From the NCBI RefSeq assembly GCF_018977255.1, contig NW_024705575.1, positions 1-33,899 on the forward strand: a stretch of 33,899 nt of DNA, written 5' to 3'. The DNA is from Callorhinchus milii (taxonomy: Eukaryota). Both the position numbers and the translations under genes were made by a program. Of this stretch, positions 21,939-33,391 are shown piece after piece. Every line of letters begins with the position of its first letter. The first letter of the stretch is position 1. The notes under the pieces were generated by a model that worked only from the letters and a program-made list of their open reading frames with translations, ran no database searches and had not been told where the DNA came from.

Positions 21939-23169
21939 GTAAATTTGGCTCGAGCTTTTGTGTGTGCGCGCGAGAAAAGTTGACGGGCTTTTGCCCGCGT
22001 GGGCCCGCCGCCTGTGCCTATAGGCCCCAGCCAAGGCAGCCACGCGGTGCTCGAGGCTCGTGAATGTTATCGCTTTAGTCGACTGCGAGCGTTTACTAAC
22101 CTCGTTTTTTTTAAAGTGTTGTGCTACTTACAGCGGGTTGAGTGTAATTTGTATATTTTGTGATTGGTTTAAAAAAAAAACGCGAAGCTCGCCGCGGCGT
22201 CCGTTAGAAATGTCGTCTTGCTTTACGTGGCTTCGGCGTACATCTGTTTTATGTTTAAACGTTTTTAAATTAAGTACGGTAGACTTTGACGCGTGGGTGG
22301 TAGAAGCGGGGATGAATGCCGAATAGCAACGCAATTTGGGAGGCCAAATTCACTTGTCTTGACAACACCACGTGGCGTCGGCGATATAATGCGGTGTTGG
22401 CTGATGTGTCGTGAAAAAATAACACAATCAAAGCCAGAAATTCGCACGTACACTGGTGTTTTTATCAATGTCCACTTCTTAGTAGTCGTGTCAAGGGCCC
22501 ACGGAAAGGCTCCCGTTTAATTTAAAACGGATCGTGACTGCGCGCTTTAGTGGTGGCGCCACGTGGTCTCGCGGTGTTGGCGGGCGCTTGGGGGTTGCAT
22601 AATGGACTTTAAAAATATATCTTTTAGTGCAGCTGTGGTTATGTTTGTACAAGGCAAAAACCATTGCCGCCAGATATCCGGAGAGTCGGTGGCATCTTCA
22701 GTGGGCTACGCAAATCGCTGAGATTTTGGCGCTCGTTTAATCCTCTTTGTTCGAGGGTTTGTAACTGGAGTCGGCCGAATTCTGAAGTGGAGTCCCATCC
22801 GCATGAGGCCATCAACGTCGGTTACGGTCATTTCGATGAAAGTCTTCAATCGTGGTGTAGTTTAAATGAATTCCATCACATGTGTTTGTACAACTGAACT
22901 ATTAATTAAAGAAAGGTCGTTGGCCAAACGTTAGATTTTTACGGCAAATGTATATTTGGAAAGTTATGGGTTTTTACACAACGTGTTCTCATTAAGTTTG
23001 CTGAAGCGGAAACTTTATATCAACTTTGCAATACAACTCAACTGTGGGGCCTGATAATACAAATGTAAATAGTCAGTGTGCAACTTTGTCATCGGGCGCC
23101 TTATACGATAAGACGTTGAGCGGGTGAGTTCTAACCTGGTTAAGTTGAATAAACTTAAAAAGTGTACTC

Positions 23170-23355
23170 TGGTCTAACACCGTTTTGAGACGAGGCTCAA
23201 AAAGAAAGCTGTATCTGGTGTGGACCAATCGATTTCAAAGACAATGTATATATTAGTGATTTTTGTTTGCATTCTGACCACAAGTATTGTGGTTAATGCA
23301 GACATGATTCCTTGTAAAAGGTGTTTTTTTGTTGCCAGAAAAAACTATTCTCAAG
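23170..23355 (-). repeat. Family F copy
   Basis: ggtctaacaccgttttgagacgaggctc...tgtggaccaatc...ttgccagaa...ctattctcaag. Confidence 0.7.
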
Positions 23356-25158
23356 GTGTAACGATTCATCTCAATATTTTGGGCTGTTGTATGTAGAACA
23401 TAGTGGCATAGTACTGTAGTAGAAAGTATTTAAACAAGGCGGGGTATGAAGCTATAATGGTATTTTTAAAAAGAACAATTATCAGAAACGATGCGAACAT
23501 GAATGGTTCGATGTATGTTTCGCGTGCCTCAGGATCGATTTAATCGAGAATCGATAAACGCCCCGTTAGGGCGTGAACTTCACACGACCGCTCAGAATTT
23601 GTAGCTGGCCTATGTAATTCCAAGACGTCGCTGCAGTGAAACTGTAGTCACTGGGTTAGATCGCCATGCACCTTGGGAATGCAGCCGTATACATCCCGTT
23701 TAAATGCGCCAACTGATAATTTTGTATTTTTTTGCTGCAATGCCATACCATTAAACCCCCCTGTTTACAAGGACAACTGCCAAAAGCTGTGCCTTTTGGC
23801 CATACAAGACAACTGCGTACACGTTTACGCCCCAAACAGTGTGGGATAAAGTTGAGGTTATACAGCAGTCGGAGAGCGTGTGCGGGTGGTCAGTTGTATT
23901 TGGTTACTGAGAAGATTTCGCAGGCAATATCTTAGGCGGTGGAAAATCAATTGCAAAACCTTGACTTTTGTGACTACGGTTGAACTGTAGTGGTCTGAAA
24001 GCATGCTGCAATACTGTATGATATAGCTCGGATGACACTGTCACAAGTTCATTTAACACTTCTATTGTCATTTACCTTTAATATTTGGGCCTTTAGCATT
24101 AACACTGTACGGTAAACTCTAACCCAAGTGTGATTCCAGGCCTCAGCAGGGACAAGTCAATTCTAAAATAGACCCTTCTCAAACGCACATTGACCAGTGT
24201 GGTGAATTATAGCAGGTCTTAAAAATATTTGAAAGCTACTCTTAAAAATCTTAACAGCAGTGCATACTGACTGTGGTACCTGCTATGATTACAGCTGTGC
24301 ATACCGATTGTGGTGGTACTTGCTATCACTACAGTAGTACTGTACATGCTGACTATAGCAGTATTTATCGACTCTATAGCACAAGGTACTCACCTGACAG
24401 TGGCGTGGTGAGGCCTAGTCCCGTGCAGAGCCTCCGGCTTTGCCTAGATTGTCCAGCCGGCCGAGCTGGCACCTTGGCAGGCAGGGCTGCTACCCCCCCC
24501 CCCGCCACAATCTCCCTGGCCGCTCTGCAGTAATATCTACGGCCTATAGTAGTAGCATATAGCGACTGTATATGGTAGTAACTGCGCACGCATTGGGGTT
24601 GGGGGGACATCACACAGTGATGATTAAAGCTCGGCGTTTAGTGTATTTTATAGCATTTCTAACGCGAAAGAAAATGTCCCGCTCACTCCCACCGACTTGG
24701 CATGGGTCGTCCCCCCCACCAAAGGTGCGTGAGTTGGTATGGTCGTGTACGCGTCATAAATAAATATATAGCACGCTAAAATCGCACTAAATCGCTAATT
24801 AAACTAATTTAAAGTTGACGGATGTGAAAAAGGAATAGCGCTTGCTTACGGCGTGGTACCTGGTTATTTTTATTTAACCTCGACCACACCGTTGGAGAGC
24901 CAAATCCTTTGCAAGCGCGCGAACACACAAAGCCACTCAAACCCACAAACATAATTTTTTACTTTTCTATAGATAGATTAACCGTTAAGGATCACACAAC
25001 ATGCAAACACTCTCTTTCAACAGTAGATGTAAGTGTTTAAGGGAACTACAATTGAGATATCTGTACGGTATTTGCATTAATCTCAGTACAAGTGATGCCC
25101 TGTAATGTATATTGAGTTTTAACTCTTTGTATTTGTTTATTCAGGTGCAGCATCTCAA

Positions 25159-25175
25159 ATGGCTGAACAAGACAG
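25159..25175 (+). CDS. NAP1L1/NAP1L4: NAP1-like first coding exon (MAEQD + AG; exon 25145-25175)
   Basis: ttcag acceptor, AAATGG Kozak-like context, AG|gtact donor; phase 2 fits the next exon; resembles NAP1L1 MADIDN. Confidence 0.75.
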
Positions 25176-25374
25176 GTACTTTTTTGACAAGTTCAACCCA
25201 CGAGATAATGCATTTTAACTTTGGGTTTGCCCTTTCCAGCAAAAATACAGGTGTTGGTATGTGTAAACGCCAAATAGACACCTGTTTCAAGGCACCAAGT
25301 CTATGGTTTGTTATGTATGGGGTGAAAGAAGTTAAACATTCGTAAAACATGCAAGCAGACGTTCTTTGATAATT

Positions 25375-25660
25375 CACTATGTAACATTTTTTGTTCCTGG
25401 GTACTAAGTGGTATTTTTTATTGCTTATGCTGAAAAAGTATAAAAAAATGTCTATTCCCCCAAACTTTGCTTTTGTGACCAGGACTTTGTGGACAAAAGA
25501 CAAATGCACACGTTATCTCATTGAAAATAGGTACATTTCAAAATATCACTGTCCTTGTCACAAAAGCAAAGTTTGTGGGGAATAGCCATTTTCTGTACTT
25601 TTGAGGCATAAGCAACTAGGAAATAACACTTACCCAAGGACATTTTTTTGTTACGCAGTC
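25375..25660. mobile_element. Palindromic MITE with CACTA-type terminus
   Basis: Begins CACTATGTAAC, ends GTTACGCAGTC; ~100-bp inverted arms (aaactttgcttttgtgac / gtcacaaaagcaaagttt). Confidence 0.7.
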
Positions 25661-25834
25661 TAATGCTTGCGTTGTCTTTGAAATTGATTAGCCTACACCA
25701 CTGTCCACCGCCGCCTTTTTGCCTTCAGTGTTAGCCCATACTTGTGGTCAGAATGCAAACAAAAAACACTCTGTTAATATATGCTTTGTCTTTGAAACTG
25801 ATTTGTCCACACCAGAGGACAGCTTTCTTTGGCG

Positions 25835-26173
25835 CCTAGTCTCAAAAAGGTCTAACACCTTTTGGAGCCTAGTCTCAAAAAGGTCTAACACCTTTTGGAG
25901 CCTAGTCTCAAAAAGGTCTAACACCTTTTGGAGCCTAGTCTCAAAAAGGTCTAACACCTTTTGGAGCCTAGTCTCAAAAAGGTCTAACACCTTTTGGAGC
26001 CTAGTCTCAAAAAGGTCTAACACCTTTTGGAGCCTAGTCTCAAAAAGGTCTAACACCTTTTGGAGCCTAGTCTCAAAAAGGTCTAACACCTTTTGGAGCC
26101 TAGTCTCAAAAAGGTCTAACACCTTTTGGAGCCTAGTCTCAAAAAGGTCTAGCACCTTTTGGAGCCTAGTCTC
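25835..26173. repeat. Tandem array, 10 full and one partial copy of 33-bp CCTAGTCTCAAAAAGGTCTAACACCTTTTGGAG, within a family F foldback (about 25680-26326)
   Basis: Exact 33-bp period, single variant in unit 10; each unit forms a hairpin; no spacers. Confidence 0.95.
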
Positions 26174-26508
26174 CTAAGAAAGCTGTCTGGTGTGGACCAA
26201 TCAGTTTCTGACCACAATTATTGTGGTTAATGCAGACATTATTCCTTGTAAAAGGTTTCAGTTTGGTGTTTTAACATCTTAACACCTGATTTGTTACCAG
26301 AAAAAAGGGGAAAACCTATTCTCAAGCCGTATATACATTAATAGCTCCTGGTTGAACTTCTAATCTTTAATGTGTGGTTGCCGGAAAGGGTAAATAAAGC
26401 CTATCCTTCAAAATTTTTATACCACCAGAAATGGTTTAATTATAAAAATACATTTTATTGCCAGCAATTGTGCTGAATCGCATTCTGTGTCTTGTTTACA
26501 ATCGACAG

Positions 26509-26600
26509 CAAAGTTGTAGCAGTAGCAGAGGATGAGATGGAAGAAGTGGATGATGAAGAAACAGAAACAGAGGCGTGTGCAGGAGATCAAGACAAGAAAG
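26509..26600 (+). CDS. NAP1L1/NAP1L4: NAP1-like exon, acidic N-terminus (SKVVAVAEDEMEEVDDEETETEACAGDQDKK)
   Basis: gacag acceptor, G|gtgcg donor; phases fit; acidic tract like NAP1L1. Confidence 0.85.
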
Positions 26601-27369
26601 GTGCGCTTGTAAATGCTTTGCTAATATATTTAAATATACATTTTCATTATACGACGGCCCTGAGTAATATTCAGTGGCACTTCACCACCCGGCATCACTG
26701 TGAGGATGTCAAGAGTGCAGATTCATCACATGGCAACCAACGCTTTTATTCTAACTCGTATGTGCAGGATGTATCAGTACTGGAAATTAACCTCTAAGTT
26801 AATCTTTAAAAGCACAGATCTGCTGATGGAAAGTCTGCAAGCTATGTTGATGCCTGGTCCACTCATGGGTTACGATAAATGGATAGTATTATGCAGTTAT
26901 TTTCAGAAGGCAGCCCATTGTGTTATCTTAATAAGTTAATGTCTGGTAATATGCAAGCTTAAATCCAGGAGCTTTCAATTGTATGGCTTCGTGGGTGCAA
27001 GCTTTTTTTTTTGCATTGACTTTGCACTTCTGTGTTAAGCTTGTTCTGCTGTGTCTGCGCTACTCGTGTTACCAATGCGTGTAAAAGCTAAACATCACAA
27101 ACATTTACTACATGAAGAGGCATTTAATGATCATAACACATGGTATGTTTGATATATTAAACGATTAAGAAATGCAGTTAATCACATTGCATGTGGTATA
27201 ACAACAAACGGTCGAGTTTTCATTTATTTTTGTATTCTGGAATCGATGGTTAATGACAACCTCATGGACATTGCTACATCTGGTCGAAGAGTTGCTTGCT
27301 GTGATATTGTTGCTGAAACTGGACCTAGAATGTGTTAATTATATTTGAAAACACGTTTTTAATTTTCAG

Positions 27370-27472
27370 TGAAACAACTGACAGTTCAGATGATGAAGAA
27401 TCCGCAGGTTTTGGCTGCACTGCAAGAGAGACTGGATGGGCTGTCAGGCACTCCATCTGGCTACATCGAGAG
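27370..27472 (+). CDS. NAP1L1/NAP1L4: NAP1-like exon (VKQLTVQMMKNPQVLAALQERLDGLSGTPSGYIES)
   Basis: Matches NAP1L1 QLTVQMMQNPQILAALQERLDGL; canonical splice sites. Confidence 0.96.
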
Positions 27473-27804
27473 GTCATACTTTATGATGTGTAATGGTCCT
27501 CGTTTTTTTGCAGGTTTAATTTTTCAAAAATATTGTCTTGAAAAGTTTGCAATGTTTGGTTTATATGGAAAAATAAAAGCATTTTTTATACCTGTTGGTA
27601 ATAGTACATTTTATTTGAATTCACATTGACTTGCATTTATTTAGTATGAAGCATGGTGTACCAAAATAAAATGCACACATTGAAACTGCGTTTATATTGA
27701 GTATTGGTTAAAACAAGCACTGCAGTGTAACATAAGTTGTAACGTGACTTGATGGTGACTGATGTAAACGATTGTGATTATTGTAAATGAATGCATTTAT
27801 GCAG

Positions 27805-27946
27805 TTTACCAAAGGTTGTGAAGAGGAGAGTGACAGCCCTGAAGAACTTGCAGGTGAAGTGTGCACTCATCGAGGCAAAGTTTTACGAGGAGGTCCATGA
27901 TCTTGAGAGGAAGTACGCAGCCCTGTACCAGCCGCTCTTTGACAGG
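27805..27946 (+). CDS. NAP1L1/NAP1L4: NAP1-like exon (LPKVVKRRVTALKNLQVKCALIEAKFYEEVHDLERKYAALYQPLFDR)
   Basis: NAP dimerisation helix, near identity to vertebrate NAP1L1/L4; gtgagt donor. Confidence 0.97.
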
Positions 27947-28298
27947 GTGAGTGCTGCCAAATCTGCTGATGAAATGGCTTGTGTATTACGTGGTGGTGCC
28001 CATGACATGCTGAACCTTTAGACAATGTAGCTGCCTACCAAAGTGCTGTGTTCCAGGCTATCTTACACGAGTGACGCTTCATTAATGAGAGATGACGTTG
28101 GTTTCCCACGCTGTAAAGCATGAGTGAAATCGCTGTGTATTTTTTTAAATGGAAGCGATTGACGTTGCAGTGTAAATATTTACATTCTCACTACCGAAGT
28201 TTAAACCTGTGCTGATGTATTGTGACCCCTTTCTAGTTATTCTTTGGTTTTTTTCGGTAAAGTCACGTATAAAAATAAAATAATAAATTAAATAATAG

Positions 28299-28343
28299 CA
28301 TACGACGTTTCGATTGCAACACAAGCAATCATCATCAGGTATA
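28299..28343 (-). ncRNA. Minimal hammerhead ribozyme motif (left arm)
   Basis: Reverse complement of the 28595-28639 motif. Confidence 0.8.
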
Positions 28344-28594
28344 ATGAAATAGCGACATAGAATATAACCAGAAAACTATAGACAGACATATAAGCAGACA
28401 GATATCACCAAGATACATAGAGAGAGCAACCCAGGTACAGAGAGAGGTGATCGTCTCTGTGGGGTGGCCTTAAATAGACAGAGACGATCACCTCTCTCTG
28501 TACCTGGGTTGCTCTCTCTATGTATCTTGGTGATATCTGTCTGCTTATATGTCTGTCTATAGTTTTCTGGTTATATTCTATGTCGCTATTTCAT

Positions 28595-28639
28595 TATACC
28601 TGATGATGATTGCTTGTGTTGCAATCGAAACGTCGTATG
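28595..28639 (+). ncRNA. Minimal hammerhead ribozyme motif (right arm)
   Basis: tatac-CTGATGA-t-GATTGC-ttgtgtt-GCAATC-GAAAC-GTC-gtatg; perfect stem II; predicted cleavage after C28634. Confidence 0.82.
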
Positions 28640-28879
28640 CTATTATTTAATTTATTATTTTATTTTATACGTGACTTTACCGAAAAAAACAAAGAATAAT
28701 TCCTGCAGTCACGAAAGCTCCAAAATTAAGACCCTTTCTAGTTGTGTAGCTGCATACGATATATCATCTGTCTGGGTCCTTATATTTGGTTCTAGAATGG
28801 CCTTTGTTATATTCGATGTAATGTACATTGCTGCACTTGTTTTTCTCACTTTAATTCTGTTTGGCTGCTGCTGTCGCAG

Positions 28880-28960
28880 AGGAGAGACATTGTAGCTGCC
28901 TTGGTGGAACCCGATGATGCGGAATGTGAGTGGCCGAATGACAAGGAAGAAGACCTTGTG
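28880..28960 (+). CDS. NAP1L1/NAP1L4: NAP1-like exon (RRDIVAALVEPDDAECEWPNDKEEDLV)
   Basis: Matches the EPT.AE.EW segment; cgcag acceptor, gtaagg donor; 81 nt. Confidence 0.92.
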
Positions 28961-30008
28961 GTAAGGATCGTCATTGAATAAACTGAACTTGTTTTTCAGC
29001 AGTGGTTGCTATTCTTGCACTTGTGACTAATCCTGCACGTTTTTAAACTATACCATGGTGTGGTAAGATTGAAAAAGTTAAATGAGAGCTTGTTTCATAG
29101 CTGTTCCAATATGTGTCTGCTACTTGGGAAAAATAATGGCAGGACCTTTAATGCTTCCTTTAAAAGCACTTAATCTTCCATGTTGCTGTAGATTCTACAT
29201 ACAGCTTGTTTTGTATTCCACGGAGGTGAACGATTCCAATCTTATTTTTCAACCGACTAAAATTCCCGTTGCGGTGGTGTGATAACCTGGTTTTATTCAC
29301 ATGGTGTTTTAAATGTTTCCATAGCAATTATTTCAGTGACCATGAAAACACACCACAAATCAATATGCCTCTAAGGCCAGACAAAGTGGTATAATCTAAG
29401 TGCATGTGTATGAAAATTTAAACCTCACATAAGTAATTGAATTTTAGATGTGGATGATTTTCATCCAGTGAATGCTGAAATGTTCCACAAGGTGGCGTTG
29501 CACCTTGATGTTCTCTCCCATAAATGTTTTTGTGAACAAAGTGCATTAATCTGCTTTGAATAATTGTCTAATTGTAAATTTTAATTAACATTTCAGTGAG
29601 CTTTGCATACATTTGCGAATAGGATGTTGAATTATAACGGTAAAACCATCACCTGCTATTGAAAAAGTAAATTTGGTGATGAAATTTGACCAATTGCATT
29701 AACGTAATTTAATTTTATACGTGGGTTTAAATTGATTTACAAGGTTTAATTCTTATTTGTAACATGAGCGAGCTGCAGTTATTGCAATATACAAATGACA
29801 TTTTGAAAGGTTTCATTCCTGGTGCGCGTGGTGCATCCACAAAGGTTAAACATTGCACATTTTAGTGCCTTTTTCAATGATGGCCTTTAAAGTGTTAAAG
29901 TCCTCATTGAGTTGCTGTGTTAAGAATGTTAACTTGTCCTCGCAGCAAAAACATTCATACAAAGGCTATTGAGCTTATCTTTGCTTGGACCATGTTTATT
30001 TTCCATAG

Positions 30009-30134
30009 GATGAAGTGAAGGAGAAAGCGAAGCTTGAGGAAGAGAAAAAGGAAAAAGAGGAAGATCCCAAGGGCATTCCAGAATTCTGGCTGACTGTGTT
30101 TAAAAATGTGGACATGCTCGGTGACCTTGTGCAG
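30009..30134 (+). CDS. NAP1L1/NAP1L4: NAP1-like exon (DEVKEKAKLEEEKKEKEEDPKGIPEFWLTVFKNVDMLGDLVQ)
   Basis: Diagnostic KGIPEFWLTVFKN motif; canonical splice sites. Confidence 0.97.
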
Positions 30135-30491
30135 GTAATCTACAGAGAGCTGTGTGGCACATGTTTTTTTCTCCCCTCCTGTAAAAACTGCTTCATTTTT
30201 ATTTTGGACAAATTTCTGACCTTAAACACCGACTTGGAGAATAATTTGGACCACTTATTGTCAAGTCAGCAGATGTTGCGGAAGCCTGAGACGGTTTTGT
30301 ATGTTAAGCACTTTTTCATGGCAACTAATTTTTATATTACCACAACTGCAGCAGGCAATGGAAATGCCCTTGACTTCACCACCATAAAATACACCATTAT
30401 TTCTGTCTTTACAATATTCATACATTTTTGGGTGGGTCATTGATCATTACTGATTGTTCTTATAGCCTAATGAGGTGCTTGTGTTTTGCAG

Positions 30492-30563
30492 GAATATGAT
30501 GAGCCGATTCTTAGGCATTTAAAGGATGTACGTGTGCAGTTTTCCGAAGCAGGACAGCCAATG
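30492..30563 (+). CDS. NAP1L1/NAP1L4: NAP1-like exon (EYDEPILRHLKDVRVQFSEAGQPM)
   Basis: Matches EYDEPILKHL.DIKVKFS..GQPM; 72 nt. Confidence 0.96.
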
Positions 30564-31580
30564 GTAAGAAAGCTTTACCGAGCTGTATGGAAAGTTTTTT
30601 TTGTTATTCTTTGCCTGCTCATGGGCTTGGTTGTTCCAATTCCAGATTTGAAAAATCTCATGAAAGATCTGCACCAAGGATATCACTAACTAAAGACCAT
30701 GCTTTGCTTATCTTTTATATAAATATGAGTCTTTGCCCCTAACTATCGGCCTGTTTGCCTGCTTGATGTTGCTGTGCAAGTAAGAGGTGTGTTTTTGTGA
30801 TGCATGGTCAACATGTTGTGGTTGCTGGACCCTTGATAGATGCTGCTATACTTTGGGGATGATAAGTCTTAGTCGTTGAATGCCACGTGTCTGGTGTCAA
30901 ACTCGTATTTTACTTTCTTAGTTGAATGTTTTGCCTCGCATAAATTGGCAACCTTTTTCCCAGCATGCGTCTACTACATTTTGCCGTTTTAAGCTGCTCA
31001 CCAGTTAAGTTTATCAAATGAGTGGACTTTTTGAAAAAGAGCGCGTGCACATGTTACACATTTTTGTAAGTACAATCCCTATACTTTGGGTTAGATTAAC
31101 GTCAGTTCTTGAATTTAATCTTGGCAATTCCTTAAATTGTAGGCATAGTGTATGGAAGGGCTGAATCATGACATTCCAACCAATGTAAAGTTTTTTTTCC
31201 TAACCAGTCTTGATTTTTAAAGCTATTTTAAGGGGCTCTTGACAAAATGTAAAAAAAAACAAATGGCTGACATTGACATGTTTAAATGGGCACCACATTT
31301 ACTGATTGTCCTTTATGATTCTGGTAACTTGCACCGAGTCAAGTAATTTGCCTGGCGGAACATATGCAGTTATTAAAAGTAGTGTTGGTCATTTTTTTCT
31401 TACCTTGTGCAATCTCTAAAACCGCCTACTCAAATTGTATCTAGTACTCTATTGTAAAAAAAATGTGGTTATTCTCCATACACCGGTGTGCTGAAGTAGT
31501 AACTAATTGTCATTTTTTGTTTACATGACAAACATTACTAATTGGTTGTAACGGGGGTGGCAGGTTTAACGACGCATTTA

Positions 31581-31825
31581 TATTCTTGGTTCTTTCAGTG
31601 AAGTCACGCAAATAGAAAACAAAAAATCTAAATAAAAGCAAAAAACCCACGACGTTTCGATCGCAACACAAGCGGTCTTCTCTCCACCTGATGATGACGC
31701 TTGTGTTGCGATCGAAACGTAGTGGGTTTTTTGCTTTTATTTTAGATATTTTTGTTTTCTATTTACGTGACTTTACCGAAAGAGCCAGGAGTGTGAATTC
31801 CTGCAGTCACGAAAGTTTTATGTCT
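31581..31825 (+). mobile_element. Penelope-like family A hairpin insertion nested in a family B remnant (about 31440-31580 and 31835-31870)
   Basis: ~95-bp inverted arms (about 31583-31677 and 31696-31790), then tail cctgcagtcacgaaag; flanks resemble 10525-10670. Confidence 0.8.
31683..31726 (+). ncRNA. Minimal hammerhead ribozyme motif (GUA triplet)
   Basis: tccac-CTGATGA-t-GACGC-ttgtgtt-GCGATC-GAAAC-GTA-gtggg; one bulge in stem II. Confidence 0.7.
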
Positions 31826-33069
31826 ACTTTTGCAGTCGAACCCAATAAAACCACTGGATAATATTAGTCAATCCTGTGTTCATTTGAATGAATACCTGTT
31901 GACAAGTTTTGTGCACTGGTTTGACACATGCCCATTTTTAAGACAAGTTTTCAACAGTAAAAATGCCAAATTATCAAAATTTTTACAATTTATTTCTACT
32001 CATCCCATAACATAGTTAAACGTCATTTGCTCAGGTAGTGCTTATTTATAAAGCATTTATGACAAATTGCCAACCTTGGTCACCACTTATCCTTTGCCCT
32101 TTCCTCTTCCAAATCCAGATAGTATTATTTTAGAGCCATTACAAATAGGTTACTATTTAAAATAAGTTGTATCAACCCCTTCTGAGTCAACTCCTTATGT
32201 CCCTGTTTAATGTCAAGCTACATAAATGTATTGAGTGATCCCTCAAGTCGAAAAGCCTTTTTCTGAAGTAAATGTGTCGTAAATGGCAGTTTACGTCCAT
32301 GACTCAGATGTCTTCATGCAACACGTGGTGGTAATTGTTGAAACTCGTAAGGTCTTCAGAAATGTTATTGCATTCCTCTGAAAAAAAACTCGTGCGTAAA
32401 TACTTGTCACAAGTGATTCATTGCAAATGTTATCCGTTTTCGACCCTCTCCCATCGGTAGACATCAACTATACGAATAAAATGTAGAGGCAAGCATTTTC
32501 CTAAGCTGTGCTGTTCATAAAAATGATACGCTTAAAGGAAATGTTAAAATAAATATACAAACTTGCATGACTCAGTCCAGTTGAACTTCCGCTGCATAGG
32601 GGGCCCAGCGTTAGGGTTACGGAGCACCCGACGATGTATGCTTGCAATGGTAGCCACGGCTATGACTAGCCTCAAGTGATCTGATTTTTTTTCCACTGGG
32701 TGATGGTCAAGAGGCACCTGACCAAATCGCCAGAATGCCCCTTATTCTGGATAGTGCTTGAGTGGGTGACTCGTGCATAATCAAGGTTGTCATAGGGCTG
32801 TGAGGCTGGTAGTAAAGAGCAGTGAAGCAAAATCATTGCTTTATTTGTATGCTCCTGCATCTTCTCTGCCTTCAACCCATGCTGACTAGTGTGTATGAAT
32901 TGTCGTCAGATACCCCATGACCTGCGCGGTGTATGGAGGCCCGCATCAAAGCTGTGTCTAAACAGAAAGACTGCATAATTTGACAAGGCTGTCTCAAAAC
33001 CGCATGTGCATCTGCAATGTCTTGACAACTAACTTGTGTTGATGTTGTTTTATTCTTCCGCATGTTCAG

Positions 33070-33208
33070 AGCTTCTTGTTGGAGTTTCATTTTGAGGAGA
33101 ATGAGTACTTCACCAATACAGTTCTGACCAAGTTGTACAAAATGAAAGCGGAGGCCGATTTGGACGATCCTTTTCCTTCGAAGGACCAGAAATCACGACG
33201 TGCACGGG
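33070..33208 (+). CDS. NAP1L1/NAP1L4: NAP1-like exon (SFLLEFHFEENEYFTNTVLTKLYKMKAEADLDDPFSFEGPEITTCTG), one apparent 1-bp deletion
   Basis: Matches SFVLEFHFEPNEYFTN.VLTK.Y; DPFSFEGPEI needs one more T at 33171-33174; GG|gtaaat donor. The window ends on a likely next acceptor (tttatag, 33899). Confidence 0.94.
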
Positions 33209-33391
33209 GTAAATGCGACAGGGGAGCCATTAACACACACATGAGGGGAGCTGCTTGCGCTTTCAGACTTGTAAATAAATACTCTTCCTCTGCTTTGGGA
33301 GGGTTTAAATTGTGTTTTATAGAGGTAATTTATAATGGCTGTTAAAATGTTGGTGGAAATTCTCTTAAAGTGAAATATTTCATTAAATATT

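Larger units (their letters stand above)
28239..28729 (+). mobile_element. Penelope-like family A hairpin insertion (~220-bp inverted arms) with TSD
   Basis: Arms about 28237-28460 and 28478-28699, 17-nt loop, then tail cctgcagtcacgaaagct; TSD GACC(C)CTTTCTAGTT at 28224-28238 and 28730-28743. Confidence 0.88.

Noticed and set aside
24262..24362. Two to three degenerate ~40-bp tandem units
   Set aside because: Short, diverged local duplication with no further structure.
25835..26173. CRISPR-like array of 33-bp palindromic repeats, and the repetitive ORFs on both strands
   Set aside because: Units are directly adjacent with no unique spacers, there are no cas genes and the context is a eukaryotic intron; the ORFs arise because 33 is a multiple of 3.
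32608..32622. TAACCCTAAC on the - strand, resembling a telomerase RNA template
   Set aside because: No recognisable pseudoknot, CR4/5 or H/ACA domain downstream; a 10-mer match is weak evidence alone.
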